Source: an uncultured delta proteobacterium (GTDB taxonomy: Bacteria; Desulfobacterota; Binatia; UBA9968). Taken from it: a DNA stretch of 64,000 nt. The position numbers were made by a program, and so were the translations under genes. Shown here piece by piece: positions 44,365 through 56,076 of this stretch. Position 1 is the first letter of the stretch. Each line of letters begins with the position of its first letter. The stretch is from positions 96,001 to 160,000 of the forward strand of contig CAWJZV010000024.1 of the NCBI GenBank assembly GCA_963847445.1. The letters run 5' to 3'. Under the pieces are notes generated by a model. That model was given only the letters and a program-made list of their open reading frames with translations, did not search any database and was not told where the DNA came from.

Positions 44365-45540
44365 TTATTCGGTCACTCCGTCATTGCCCGGTACCGGCCT
44401 CTTCTTGCGCATTCCACCTTCGATCATCTTGTACTCGAACAGCCGGCAGTCCAGCGCGCCATTAAATAGCGGCGTGCGTTTGGAAGTGGCGAGCCGGATG
44501 AGCTTGGGCAGCCGCATGTCGGCGCTGAGAAAGTAAGCGCGCCAGCCGGTGAACTGTTTTTTCAAGACATCGCCCAGCTTGGGGTAGAGTTCCGCTAGCG
44601 CTTGCTGCTCGCCGAGGCGCACGCCATAAGGCGGGTTGCTGACGATGATCCCTGCTTTGGCCGGCGCGGTGATTTCCAGAACACTAGCCCGCTTCAAACT
44701 GACGACCTGCCCCAGACCGGCACCCGCCAGATTCGCCTGCGCCGCTTGCAGTACCGTGCCGTCGAGATCGCTGCCATAGATCGGCAGCGCCACGCGTGCC
44801 TTGCGCCGCGCCGTGCGCCGCTGGATCAGCTCGCGCCAAGCCGTCAAGTTGAAGTTCAGAAATTTTTCAAAGGCGAATCGGCGTCCCAATCCCGGCGCGA
44901 TATCGAGCGCCATGCACGCCGCTTCGACAAGAATCGTCCCGCTGCCGCACATCGGATCGAGCAAGGGGATGCCCGGAGTCCATCCGGCGAGGCGGAGAAT
45001 TCCCGCGGCGAGGTTTTCTCTCAACGGCGCTTCGCCGGTGGCGATGCGCTGCCCGCGCTTGAACAATGGCTCACCCGAGGTGTCGAGATAAAGTGTAAAC
45101 TCGCGATCGGTTAAATGACCTTGGATCGGAATATCCGGATCGCGCGTGTCGACACTCGGCCGCTGCTGCGAAACCTGGCGGATTTTGTCGCACACCGCGT
45201 CTTTGATCTTGAGCGTGACGAAGTTGAGGCTTGTGAGCGGGCTCTTGGTCGCCGAGACATCGACGCGAATGGTCCGCGTAGCATCGAACCAGTCGGTCCA
45301 CGGCACTGCGTAAGCGATGCGATAAATATCGTTTTCACTGCGATAACCCGCTGTCGCGACTTGCCAGAGCACGCGGCTAGCGATGCGGCTTTCGAGATTG
45401 ACCCGGTAGCAAACCATGAGATCGCCGCCGAACTGCACGCCGCCGCCGACGGCGTGAACTTTATCTGCGCCGAGTTGGCGCAATTCGTCGACCAGGATCA
45501 TCTCCAGGCCGCGCGGACAGGTGGCGAAAAACTATTCCAT
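44365..45540 (-). CDS. THUMP-domain RNA methyltransferase (RlmL-like); in-frame TAG at codon 3
   Basis: ME*FFATCPRGLE start, EAPLRENLAAG, DPMCGSGT, NPPYG. Confidence 0.85.
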
Positions 45541-45570
45541 TGATAATCACAAACAAGCATCTGCCACAAT

Positions 45571-45602
45571 AAAAAAGGGCAACCGAGACGGTTGCCCTTT
45601 TT
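45571..45602 (-). terminator. Intrinsic terminator (potentially bidirectional) after the RRM gene
   Basis: aaaaaagggcaacc-gagac-ggttgcccttttt. Confidence 0.85.
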
Positions 45603-45625
45603 GCAGTTATTTTACTTGCGAAACT

Positions 45626-45985
45626 CTACCAGCGATTACCCCGGCCACCGCCGTCGCCGCCACGGCCGCCGCGGCCACCACCGCCACCGCCACGATTACC
45701 GCCACCGCCACCGCCACCGCCAAAGCCTTCACGCTTGGCCATCGGCTTGGCTTCATTGACAGTCAAGGTGCGGCCATCGAGCTGGGTGCCATTCAGGCTT
45801 TCGATCGCCTTCTGTGCTTCGGCCCCCGAGCTCATCTCGACAAAGCCGAAACCGCGCGATTGACCGGTGAATTTATCGGAAATCACATTGGCCGAGGTGA
45901 CCTCGCCATGCGCCGAAAAGATTTCTTGCAACCGATCGCCGGTTACTGAATAGGGCAAGCCGCCCACGTACAATTTACTACCCAT
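45626..45985 (-). CDS. RRM RNA-binding protein with Gly-rich tail
   Basis: KLYVGGL (RNP2), RGFGFVEM (RNP1), poly-Gly/RGG tail; AGGAGG RBS. Confidence 0.93.
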   Translation of the reverse strand: MGSKLYVGGLPYSVTGDRLQEIFSAHGEVTSANVISDKFTGQSRGFGFVEMSSGAEAQKAIESLNGTQLDGRTLTVNEAKPMAKREGFGGGGGGGGNRGGGGGGRGGRGGDGGGRGNRW

Positions 45986-46180
45986 GTTCTCCTCCTATAG
46001 AGAATGTTAATGTCTTTTACCCTGAGAAATGAACTGCTAATGGGGGCCGAACATGGGAGCTCAACTGCGTAGCTCTGGTCGGAAGATCCTTTAGATATTG
46101 TTCGCAAGGACAGACTGACACGGGCCTTCAACCTTTGTTATGTCCTCTACCAGAAGGCCGTTTACTGAAGAAGATGAATA

Positions 46181-46209
46181 AGAGTACGTCTTATACCGCG
46201 CAATGTCAA
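46181..46209 (-). promoter_or_regulatory. Sigma70-type promoter for the RRM gene
   Basis: Minus strand TTGACA-N17-TACTCT. Confidence 0.55.
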
Positions 46210-46343
46210 TGATAATGTCAATACCGTCCACGCGACGACCTTGGCGCCGACTGTTTGAAGCATAATAGGCTTGAAACCGCTGCGCCACTTAAACCATAAT
46301 GCGCCCAATCGGATGGATCACCTGAAGAACTCTAAGGAGTAAG

Positions 46344-47310
46344 ATGAAAAAGCTAAGATTATTTGCGTTGCTGGTGTTTAGCCTTCGCGAGCGCTACGGT
46401 ATCGGCGCAAGATCGCGTGCGCATCGGCGTGCCGCTGTTCCCGACGGTGTCCTATCCGGTGCTCATCGCCCATGAAAAAGGCTTCTTCGAAAAAAATGGT
46501 TTGAAAGCGGAGATTATCCGCATCAACAGCGAACCGACAACCTATCAAGCGTTGATCTCCGGCGATATCGATGCCACCTCCGGCGCGCCGACGGGACTAG
46601 TGCAGTCCAACCTGCAAGGCATACCGGTGACCTCCCTCGGCAGCTGGGACAATCTGGTTTCCTACACGGTCATGACCAAAGATAAGATCGACGACCTGTC
46701 GCAGTTGCGCGGCAAGAAAGTCGGCATCAACCGGCTCGGCGGCAAGTCGTCGTTGGTCTTGCGCGTCATGCTCGAAGACGCCGGCCTCAATACATCGAAA
46801 GACGTTACGCTCCTGCAACTGGGCGGCTCCCAGGAACGCTTGGCGGCGCTCGTGCGCGGCGGCATCGACGCGGCGCCGGTGGACTTCGCCTTCGAACCGA
46901 AGATGAAACAGATGGGCTTTCACCTGGTGCCGAGCAAGAAGACCGCCTTCATGAACGGCCCGATCACGGTCACCGTGGCGAACTTGAAGGCCAACCGCGG
47001 CAAATGGCTGCGCTTCGTCAAAGCCAACATGGAAGCGACTTATTATATGACGGTGAATAAGTCCGGCGCGATGGATGTTCTGAAAAAAATCATTCAGACC
47101 GACGAACGTGAAACTCTCGAGCACGCCTACGAGCAGATGCGCGCCCGCGCCACCGTCGATCTGGTCGCACCCGACGCCGCCATCGAAAACCTGGTGAAGA
47201 TGATGACCTACGTCGACAAACGCGCCGCCGGCATCGACCGCAGCAAGCTCACCGACTACTCCATCGTCCGCGAACTGATCCAGAGCAACACCGTCCCGGT
47301 GAAAAGATAA
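46344..47310 (+). CDS. ABC substrate-binding protein (NMT1/SsuA-like), 5' frameshift
   Basis: AAGGAG RBS, MKKLRLFALL signal; IAHEKGFFEKNGL, LRGKKVGI. Confidence 0.83.
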
Positions 47311-47315
47311 GCCGG

Positions 47316-47381
47316 AATGGAGTATTGGAGAGATGGAGTAATGGGTTTCCGGATCCAACACTCCAGTCACTCCAACACTCC
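47316..47381. repeat. Inverted octamer repeat (TGGAGTAT type)
   Basis: atggagtattggagagatggagtaatgg ... ccaacactccagtcactccaacactcc. Confidence 0.7.
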
Positions 47382-47440
47382 GGCGGCTCATAGCAGAAGC
47401 CAAACTGTCGCAAATCGGATTACCAAGGATAATTATTTCC

Positions 47441-48922
47441 ATGAACGACATTTCCTTCGTCGACACTACCCTGCGCGACGGCCAACAAAGCCTGTGGGCT
47501 TTGGGCATGAAGACCGACGCCATGCTCGGTGCCGCCGAGCAGATGGACCAGGCCGGCTTCGAGTCCTTGGAGTTCTTCAGCTCCAACATGATCAAAAAAT
47601 ACGTGCGCGAGCACAAAGAGAATCCCTGGGACTGGATTCGCCAGGGCACGAAAAAGTTTCGCCGCACCAAGCTGCGGCTGCACGGCGGCATCCACGGCTC
47701 GGGCGCGTTCGAAAAACTCCCCAGCGCGATCATGAAGCTGCTGGTGGAGCGAATCGTATCCTACGGCATTACGCTGACGCGCACGTCGACTTGCTGGAAC
47801 GATTTCCGCGGCTTCAAAGAAGAACTACACGAGCTGCGCCAGTTGGGCATGGAGACCATCGTCAACTTGATCTACTCGGTATCGCCGCGCCACACCGACG
47901 AGTACTACGCGCAGAAGGCCAAAGAAGCCGGCGAGATCCGTCCCTATCGCGTTTGCTTCAAAGATGTCGGCGGCCTGCTAACGCCCGAGCGCGCGCGCAC
48001 GTTGATACCGCTGATCATGAAGAATGCCGGCGAAACCCCGGTGGAATTTCACGCCCACTGCAATAACGGCTTGGCGCCGCTCTGTTACCTCGAAGCGGCC
48101 AAGCTCGGCATCAAGACCATCCACACTTCGATTCCGCCGCTGGCCAACGGCTCGTCACAGCCGTCGATCTTCAACATGGCGAAGAATCTGCGCGCCTTGG
48201 GTTTTGCGCCGCAGATCAATGAAGAACCGTTGAAGCCGGTGACCGAGCATTTCACCGCCATCGCCGAGCGCGACGGTCTCGCCATCGGCCAACCCCTGGC
48301 CTACGATCACTCGCAATACCTCCATCAAGTGCCCGGCGGTATGATTTCCAACCTGCGCCACCAACTGCGCCTGGTCGGCATGGAAGACAAGCTGCCGGCA
48401 ACTTTGGCAGAGGCGGCGCGCGTGCGCGCTGAGTTTGGCTTTCCGATCATGGTCACGCCGCTGTCGCAATTCGTCGGCACCCAGGCGGCGATCAACGTCA
48501 TCGTCGGCGAGCGCTACAAGGAAGTCACCGATCAAGTGATCCAATACGCCCTCGGCGTCTGGGGCGCCGAAGCCACTGAGATCATGGATCCCAACGTGAA
48601 AGATCGCATACTGAATCGCGGCCGTGCCAAGGAATGGACCGCCTGGGAACCGCCGCAACCTTCGCTCAAAGAAATCCGCAACAAATTCGGCGGCCCGTCG
48701 CTCTCCGATGAAGAACTCTTACTACGCGTCTACGCCGGCGCCGACAATGTCAACGCACTCATGACCGCCGGCGCGCCGAGGCCGAAACTCGACGGCAAAC
48801 AGCCGCTCATGCAACTGATCGAAGAACTGACCAAGAAAAAAGACAGCAGCCACATCCACATCCGTCGCGACGGCGTCTCGCTGACTTTGGGAAAGTCGCC
48901 CAAGACCGATGCCTCGGCGTAA
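47441..48922 (+). CDS. Pyruvate carboxylase subunit B/oxaloacetate decarboxylase alpha-like carboxyltransferase, no biotinyl domain
   Basis: DTTLRDGQQS, FKDVGG, HAHCNNG, HQVPGGMISNL, MVTPLSQFVGTQA; no AMKM motif. Confidence 0.85.
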   Translation: MNDISFVDTTLRDGQQSLWALGMKTDAMLGAAEQMDQAGFESLEFFSSNMIKKYVREHKENPWDWIRQGTKKFRRTKLRLHGGIHGSGAFEKLPSAIMKLLVERIVSYGITLTRTSTCWNDFRGFKEELHELRQLGMETIVNLIYSVSPRHTDEYYAQKAKEAGEIRPYRVCFKDVGGLLTPERARTLIPLIMKNAGETPVEFHAHCNNGLAPLCYLEAAKLGIKTIHTSIPPLANGSSQPSIFNMAKNLRALGFAPQINEEPLKPVTEHFTAIAERDGLAIGQPLAYDHSQYLHQVPGGMISNLRHQLRLVGMEDKLPATLAEAARVRAEFGFPIMVTPLSQFVGTQAAINVIVGERYKEVTDQVIQYALGVWGAEATEIMDPNVKDRILNRGRAKEWTAWEPPQPSLKEIRNKFGGPSLSDEELLLRVYAGADNVNALMTAGAPRPKLDGKQPLMQLIEELTKKKDSSHIHIRRDGVSLTLGKSPKTDASA

Positions 48923-48952
48923 AATACCGCGGACGATCTTCACCACGAAGAG

Positions 48953-49194
48953 CCCAGCGCGGCGCAGCCGCAACCGAATTTCGGAATATCTCGCGCAAAG
49001 CACGCAAAGGAAGAACGTTGTCATTTCGAACGGAGAGAGAAATCCGTCTTAGATCATTCGTATTCGCTCGGGATGCAGGCCTCTGGCCTGTCACTTCGCG
49101 ACCTTGGCGACCTTGGCGCGAGGAATATCCGAATCCGAGGCGTCTCGACTCCCGGACAATTTGCGCAAGCCGCGCAAATTATCACGGATAGTAG
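48953..49194 (+). mobile_element. Non-autonomous mini-element family B
   Basis: CACCACGAAGAG|CCCAGCGCGGCGCAGCCGCAACCGAA...GATAGTAG|TACGAAG within host inverted repeat 48941-49260. Confidence 0.6.
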
Positions 49195-49288
49195 TACGAA
49201 GGAAACGAAGCTTTCTGAAAATTTTTCTCGTACTTCGTGCTCTTCGCGTCCTTCGTGGTGAAAAATCTTAAGCACCTATGGAGCTACC

Positions 49289-50729
49289 ATGAACTACACC
49301 GGCCTGCGCGACTGGCTCGCCAAAGTCGACGGCTTCGGCGAACTAACGACGCTCGAAAACATCGACTGGAATCTAGAGATGGGCGCCATCGTCGATGTGC
49401 TCTACCGCGAGCATCCGCCCTATGCGCCGGCGCTGATCTTCGACAATATCAGAGATCATCAGCCCGGTTATCGCACGCTGTTCGGCCACTTCGCTTCGCC
49501 GAAGCGCATCGCGCTGACCCTCGGCGTCACAGAGGAATTCGACCATGTGCTGGAATTCACCCGCATGTATCATGAGCGCATGAAGCAGACCGCGCCGCTG
49601 CGCATGGAGGAAGTGAAAACCGGCCCGGTTCATGAAAACGTCCAAGAAGGCAACGACGTCGACCTGTCGATTTTCCCGTCGCCGCTGATGCATGAAAAAG
49701 ACGGCGGCCGCTACATCGGCACCGGCCATCTGGTGATCACCAAAGATCCCGATTCGGATTGGATCAACGTCGGCACCTACCGGATCATGTCGCAGGATAA
49801 CAACTACTTTGAGCATCTACATCGGTCCGGGAAAGCACGCCTTCATCCACAAACAGAAATATTTCGAGAAGAACCAAGCGATGCCGGTGAACGTCGTTCT
49901 CGGCAGCGATCCCCTCGACTGGTTCGCCGCGGCCTGTCCGGTGCCCGCGGGCGTCAGCGAGTTCGACTACGCCGGCGGTTTGCGCGGCGCGCCGACCAAA
50001 GTGATTCGCAGCGACATCACCGGCCTGCCCTATCCCGCCGATGCGGAAATTGTTTTAGAAGGCGAAATCCGCCCAGGCGAATTTAAAGACGAAGGCCCCT
50101 TCGGCGAGTGGCCCGGCTACTACGCCAGCCCGCGCAGCCCCGAGCCGTTCATTCGTGTCAAACGCGTCTTGTATCGAAATAATCCGATCATCTCCTGCGC
50201 CAACCCGGCGCGCCCGCCGCACACCCTCACGCTCCTGCGCGCGATCACCCGCTCGGCCCATGTCTGGGAAGAAATGGAAAAAGCCGGCATCCCCGATGTC
50301 AAAGGCGTCTGGTCCCACGAGCCCGGCCCGCGCCAGTTCACCGTCGTCGCCATCAAGCAGCGTTATCCCGGCCATGTGAAGCAAGCCGGCATGATCGCGT
50401 CGCAATGCTTCTCCGGCGGTTATCAAAATCGCTTCACCATCGTCGTTGACGACGACATCGACCCGACACGAATCGACGACGTCGTCTGGGCGCTCTCGAC
50501 CCGCTGCGATCCGGCGGACGATATCGACATCCAGCGGCGCAGCTGGTCCAGCGCCCTCGACCCGATGATCCATCCCGATTCGAAAGTATTTCTCAATTCC
50601 CGCGCCGTCATCGACGCCTGCCGCCCCTATGAATGGATGAATAAATTCCCCGAAGTCGCCGAAACGAGTCCGGAGCTTCGTAAACAAGTGTTGGCAAAAC
50701 TAGGGCGTAGCTTTTTCGGCTTGCGTTGA
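49289..50729 (+). CDS. UbiD-family (prFMN) decarboxylase, frameshift near 49808
   Basis: LRDWL, PALIFDNI, DGGRYIGT, NVGTYR, AEIVLEG, EGPFGEWPGYY, VDDDID, WALSTR. Confidence 0.9.
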
Positions 50730-50874
50730 TACTTAGTGGTCGTTCAAAACGTTCAAGCCGTTCAACCGCGCCCTTCGATTCCCTCAGAGCCGTGGGCTCG
50801 CGAGCGGGGTGATCAATACGTTTTGACCGACTTGAACATTTTGAACGATTTGAACAAATTCAGTGGAGCGAACT

Positions 50875-51399
50875 ATGTCCATCTACCAACTCGGCGACGA
50901 CAGACCGATTATTCCCGCTTCAGCCTATGTCGCCCCTGAAGCCACGCTCATCGGCAAAGTCATCCTGGGAGAGAACGCCAGCGTCTGGCCCGGCGTCGTC
51001 ATGCGCGGCGACAACGATTCGATTACGATCGGCAATGGCAGCAACGTCCAAGACAACGCCGTGCTGCACGCTGATCCTGGATTTCCACTCTTGGTCGGCG
51101 AGAACGTCACCATTGGCCACCAGGCCGCGCTGCACGGCTGCACCATCGGCGACGGCTCGCTCGTCGGCATTCAAGCCGTGGTTATGAACGGCGCCGTCAT
51201 CGGCAAAGACTGCCTGGTCGGCGCCGGCGCTTTAGTGCTGGAAGGAAAGAGCTACGGCGAGCGCAAACTCATCCTCGGCTCCCCCGCCAAAGTCATCCGC
51301 GAACTCACCGATGAAGATATCGAAAAAATGCACCGCGCCGCGCCGGGCTATGTGCAGCGGCAGGAAATGTACAAGTTGAAGTTAAAGAGAATCGGCTGA
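50875..51399 (+). CDS. Gamma carbonic anhydrase family protein (YrdA/PaaY-like)
   Basis: RGD, SNVQDNAVLH, TIGH, LHGC zinc ligands, hexapeptide repeats. Confidence 0.9.
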   Translation: MSIYQLGDDRPIIPASAYVAPEATLIGKVILGENASVWPGVVMRGDNDSITIGNGSNVQDNAVLHADPGFPLLVGENVTIGHQAALHGCTIGDGSLVGIQAVVMNGAVIGKDCLVGAGALVLEGKSYGERKLILGSPAKVIRELTDEDIEKMHRAAPGYVQRQEMYKLKLKRIG

Positions 51400-51633
51400 T
51401 CCAGAATCAACAAAGTACGGCAACCAATCGTCAGCTCGAAACCGAGCGGCGCTGAAAGTTGACTGGAAGTCGACTACTATTTCCGTCATTCCGGCGTGAC
51501 AACGGGAATCCAGGTTTATGTCCGGCGCAATAAAGCCATGATGGATGCCGGTTGTCACCGGCATGACGAACTCGAGCGTCACCTTCATCTATCGGCCTGC
51601 CTGTCAACCCAGGCGTGACCTTAACACACACCG

Positions 51634-52641
51634 TCACTTCAAAAATATCTTGCCGAACTCCCGCTTCTTCTCCTCGAACGCTTTCGCCTCCAGCACTTCC
51701 ATCTGCACATATTGAATCTTGTCGGCGCCGGGGAGCGGCGGGTAGATGCCTTTGCGGTTGGGGAATTCGCCGGCCTGGGCGAGGACCTTCATGTTGTCGT
51801 CGTCGAGGTAGTAGTCGATGAACGCTTTGCCGGCGCTCGGGCGCGGCGCTTTGTTGCTGAGCACGGCGTAGTGGGCGTCGCCGAGCATTTTATCGAGACG
51901 CACGTAGTCTAGCGGCGCACCGCCCTTGGCCGCGGTGTAGGCGTATTTGATGAAAGTCAGGGCGATGGGAAACTCGCCGTTGGCCATGCGCTCGGCCGCC
52001 GGCAGCATCGACTCGACCAAGGTCGGCTTCGTCGCCGCCAGATCGCGGATGAATTTGTCGGCGCGTTCCTTTGGCATGATCTTGTGTAAGCTCGACAACC
52101 ATTGAATCGTCGTGACGTGCAATGTTGGATCGGCCATCACCAGCATGCCTTTGTATTTCGCACTCACCAGATCGTCGAGCGACCTGGGCGCGTCCTCGGC
52201 TTTGATCGAGCCCTTGTGATAGACCACGCCGACGATGCCGTAGCGGCTCACCGGGCCGAGCCGCGGATCGATCTGCTCCTTGGGATATTTTTTCGCCGTC
52301 GGCGAGTCGTACTTGGCGATCATCCCTTCGTTGGCCATGATCACCAGCGGATCCGAGTTGTTCATGACGATGTCGTAAAGCGGCGCGCCGGCGCGGTACT
52401 CGCTCATCGACCGGTTCATCACGCTCATCGCCGAAGCGCGCCAGTACTCGGCGTTGAGCCCGGTCTTCTTGCGAAAGCCAGCCAACACTTCATCCACCAC
52501 CTGGCTCTCCAAGCGAGCCGTAAATCACCACCTTGCCGCCTTCTTTCTTGGCCGCTTCGATGGTTTTCGCATCCTGGGCAAAAGCTGGTGTACTCGCAGA
52601 CCAATGTCGCGAGTGTTAAAATCAGCAATGACGAATTTCAT
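51634..52641 (-). CDS. ABC substrate-binding protein (AfuA-like), 5' frameshifts
   Basis: AKKEGGKVVIYGSLES reconstructed across the indel near 52515; KAPRPSAGKAFIDY. Confidence 0.78.
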
Positions 52642-52817
52642 CTGTCCCTCCATTGAATTACTGCGACTCCAACTATCACGGCAGCAATTCTCCGGTCAAC
52701 ATTGAACCTTGAACCTTTGAACTGTTGAACCCTGCCACAATTGAACCCTGCCGCGTTGACATGAGCGAAGTCAACTTGTTATAGCCGATTGAAGTTCCAA
52801 CGAAAGGTGCTCAAACA

Positions 52818-53886
52818 ATGCAAATCATCGACGCCGACGGCCATGTCAACGACCGCCCCTGTATGGACGAAATATCGAAGTTCATGCCGGCGGGCAATCG
52901 CACGCAGGTATTTCCCGCTTTCGATCACATTCACTTTCATTACTTGGAAGGCGGCGAAAAGCGTTCGCGCACCGGCGATGTCGGCCCCAAAGAATGGCTC
53001 GACTTCCTGGACGAAACTGAGATCGATTGGACCGTCGTCTATCCCACGGCAGGATTAGCCGTCGGCCGGATCATCGCCGAGGACTGGGCTATCGCCGCTT
53101 GCCGCGCTTACAACAATTGGCTTTATGAAAAATTCACCAAGGTTACGCCGCGCATCAAAGGCATGGCGCTAATCCCGATCCAAGATACTCAAGCCGCCTG
53201 TGAAGAATTGCACCGCGCGGTAAAAGAACTCGGCATGGCCGGCGCCATGCTGCCATCCAACGGCGAAGGCATCAAAGGCCACTTCGGCTCAAAGATCTAT
53301 TGGCCGATCTACGAGGAAGCCGAGAAACTTAACGCGCCGTTGGCGGTTCACGTCGGCGCGCTGCACCATTTAGGCATGGACAGCATCGGCGTTTACTATC
53401 CGGTGCATGCCCTCGGCCATCCGTTCGGGATCATGGCGCAAGCAGCGGCGATGCTCTCCTACGGCGTGTTCGATCGCTTCCCCAAACTGCGCGTCGGTTT
53501 CCTCGAAGGCGGCGCGACCTGGGTGCCGTTCTTCATGGACCGTCTCGACCGCTCCTACCCGCATCATCTGCAGGTCGACATTCATGGCGAATTCCTGCCG
53601 AGCTCGCACCCTGATGTGATGGCCAGCGAATATTTCCGCCGGCAAATCAAAGCCGGCAAAATTTTTGTCGGCTTCGACGGTGACGATCATGGCCTCGGCT
53701 ACGCGGTCAAAGAAGCGGGCAACGAGTCGTTCGTCTTCGCCACCGACTTTCCGCACGAGAGCTTCGATGCCAAATCCTGCCGCATCGAGCTCCAGCATAT
53801 TCTCAGCCGCGAAGATCTCAGTCAGGCCGATAAAGAAGCGATTCTGGCGAAAAAATGCCATAACATTTTACGGCGTCGAGCGCTGA
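52818..53886 (+). CDS. Amidohydrolase_2 family protein; homopolymer frameshift near 53850
   Basis: IDADGHV, CRAYNNWL, LAVH, FPKLRVGFLEGG, FATDFPH; true end KNAITFYGVER*. Confidence 0.87.
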
Positions 53887-53901
53887 AGCGGAGAATCACC
53901 A

Positions 53902-54301
53902 GTGCCGCGAATATTATCCGCCTACGAGCCCCAAGCCTACGCAATCATGCGCATTATCGTCGGCGCTACTATTTGTCTGCCACGGTTTACAGAAAGCTGC
54001 CGGCGCCTTTGGCGGCGTCAACGGCGAGCCGGCGCCATTGTTTAGCTTACTCAGTATCGCCGGCTACCTCGAACTCGCACTGGGTTTGATGATTGCCATG
54101 GGCATATTTACCGTTGCCGCCGCGTTTCTCGCCAGCGGCCAAATGGCCGCGGCCTACTTCATCGGCCATTTTCCAATGGGCTATTGGCCAATCATGAATC
54201 AAGGTGAAGTAGCGGTCTTATACTGTTTCGTGTTTCTCTATATCGCCGCGCGCGGTCCGGGCATCTGGAGCGTCGATATGTTCGGCAGCGCGACGCGGTG
54301 A
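53902..54301 (+). CDS. DoxX family membrane protein, frameshifts near 53965-53995
   Basis: YAIMRII..HGLQK, AAFLASGQMAAAYF.GH, N.GE.AVLYCF, GPG.WSVD. Confidence 0.8.
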
Positions 54302-54415
54302 TTGTCAATCGAGATACATAACTCACAGGGTCTTTGATCTTAACCTTTGTACTGGACGGAGGCTTTGTGATTAAATCGCACCGTTAACGATTCTGGGAAA
54401 ACTTCAGGAGTATTC

Positions 54416-55329
54416 ATGGCAGAAAGTTCTTCACCCGTAACGACACCGCGCGTCAAAGGCCCGCTCGTCTGGCTCGGCATGGATCAGCAAGAGCTCGATG
54501 ACGCCTACGACCAGACGGTTTACGCGCCCAATCAACCTTTGCTCGCCAAGCGCCGCGCCGCCGCCAGCGAGTCGGTGTTGAAACGATTTCCGCCGGAGCG
54601 CGTCGCCTACGGCCCCAGCGAGCATGAAAAGCTCGATATCTACAAAACTCATAAGCCCAACGCGCCGGTGAATGTCTACGTCCACGGCGGCGCCTGGCGC
54701 CACGGCCAAGCCAAAGACTGCGCCGCTCCCGCCGAGATGTTTATCAACGCCGGCGCCAATTTCGTCGTCCTCGACTTCGTGCAAATTCAAGACACCGGCG
54801 GCAACCTGCTGCCGATGGCGCAGCAAGTCCGCAACGGCGTCGCCTGGGTCTATAAAAACGCCGCGCAGCTTCGGCGCCGATGCCCAATCGCGTCTACATC
54901 ACCGGCCATTCCTCCGGCGCGCACTTGAGCGGCTGCGCGTTGGTCACCGACTGGCAGAAAGATTTTGGCCTGCCGCCGGACATCATCAAAGGTGGATTGT
55001 TGATCAGCGGCATGTACGATTTGCAGCCGGTGCGGCTATCGAAGCGCAGCGAGTATGTGAAATTCACCGACGAGGTCGAGCAAGCGCTCAGCTCGCAACG
55101 CCATCTCGACAAGCTGCATGCGCCCATCACCGTCTGCTATGGCACCCAAGAAACGCCAGAGTTTCAGCGCCAAAGCCGCGACTTCGCCGCCGCGGTGAAA
55201 GCTGCCGGTAAGCCGGTAGAACTCCTGGTCGGCGAAAGCTTGAATCACTTCGAGATGCAGGAAACCCTGGGCAATCCCTACGCCATCGGCGGCCGGGCGG
55301 CGTTAAAAATGATCAACTTGTCCACTTAA
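54416..55329 (+). CDS. Alpha/beta hydrolase (arylformamidase-like), frameshift near 54870
   Basis: LDDAYDQ, VHGGAW, GHSSGAH, SGMYDL, LNHFE. Confidence 0.85.
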
Positions 55330-55499
55330 GAATCTCTTTCAGATTTATGATGAGCAAGCCTCAACACGAAGATCATGAAAGCTACGAGGTGTTCGGATAA
55401 TTGAAATTCCGGCCTTCGTGTCTTTCGTGGTGTAATAGTCTTATTGACCGTGGCACTTGCGCCACACAAAGGCCGCAGAACGTTTGACTAGGAGGAACC

Positions 55500-56039
55500 A
55501 TGAGCCGCATCCCCCACGCTAAGCGCGATGAATTGTCGCCCGAACAGCAAAAGATTTGGGATCACATCCACGCCGTCCGCACTGGCGGCGGCGGGCCTTA
55601 TTCGATGTTGCTCCATGTGCCGGCGCTCGCCGCCAACGTCGCCGCCACCGAAGATTATTTTCGCTTGGATTCGGCGCTCAGCGATGCCGACCGCGAGATC
55701 GTCATCCTCGCCGCGGCGCGCGAGCTCGGCGCGCACTATCCCTGGGTGCGCCACGAAGCGCGCGCCCGGCAAGTCGGCGTGCGCACGGAAGTGATCGAGA
55801 CCTTGCGCGCCCAAGGCTCTCGCGCCGGCTTCACGCCGCGCGAGCAACTTCTGACCGACATCCCGCTGAGCCTGGTGCGCGAGCACGGCTTGTCCGATGA
55901 ACTCTTCGCCCGCGCCGAACGGGAGTTGACTCGCCGACAACTCGTCGAAGTCATCGGTCTGGTCGGCCACTACAGCACCATCAGCTTCGTCGCCAACACC
56001 TTCCAAATACCCAAGCCCGAAGGCAGCCAGACGTTTTAG
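55500..56039 (+). CDS. Carboxymuconolactone decarboxylase/AhpD-like protein, paralog 1
   Basis: GPYSMLLH.P, REIVILAAAR...Y.W..HE, VGHY; AGGAGG RBS. Confidence 0.8.
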   Translation: MSRIPHAKRDELSPEQQKIWDHIHAVRTGGGGPYSMLLHVPALAANVAATEDYFRLDSALSDADREIVILAAARELGAHYPWVRHEARARQVGVRTEVIETLRAQGSRAGFTPREQLLTDIPLSLVREHGLSDELFARAERELTRRQLVEVIGLVGHYSTISFVANTFQIPKPEGSQTF

Positions 56040-56076
56040 AGTAGATCTTCATCTGAGATTGGTGCGAAAGAGAATT

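Noticed and set aside
45532-45534. Pyrrolysine recoding of the TAG
   Set aside because: Non-conserved position, no pyl genes seen, and TAG is a normal stop elsewhere in the window
45640-45722. (CCACCG)n microsatellite
   Set aside because: It encodes the Gly-rich tail of the RRM protein
52818-54089. Amidohydrolase with a novel C-terminal extension
   Set aside because: Artefact of an A-run indel near 53850; the extension overlaps the DoxX gene
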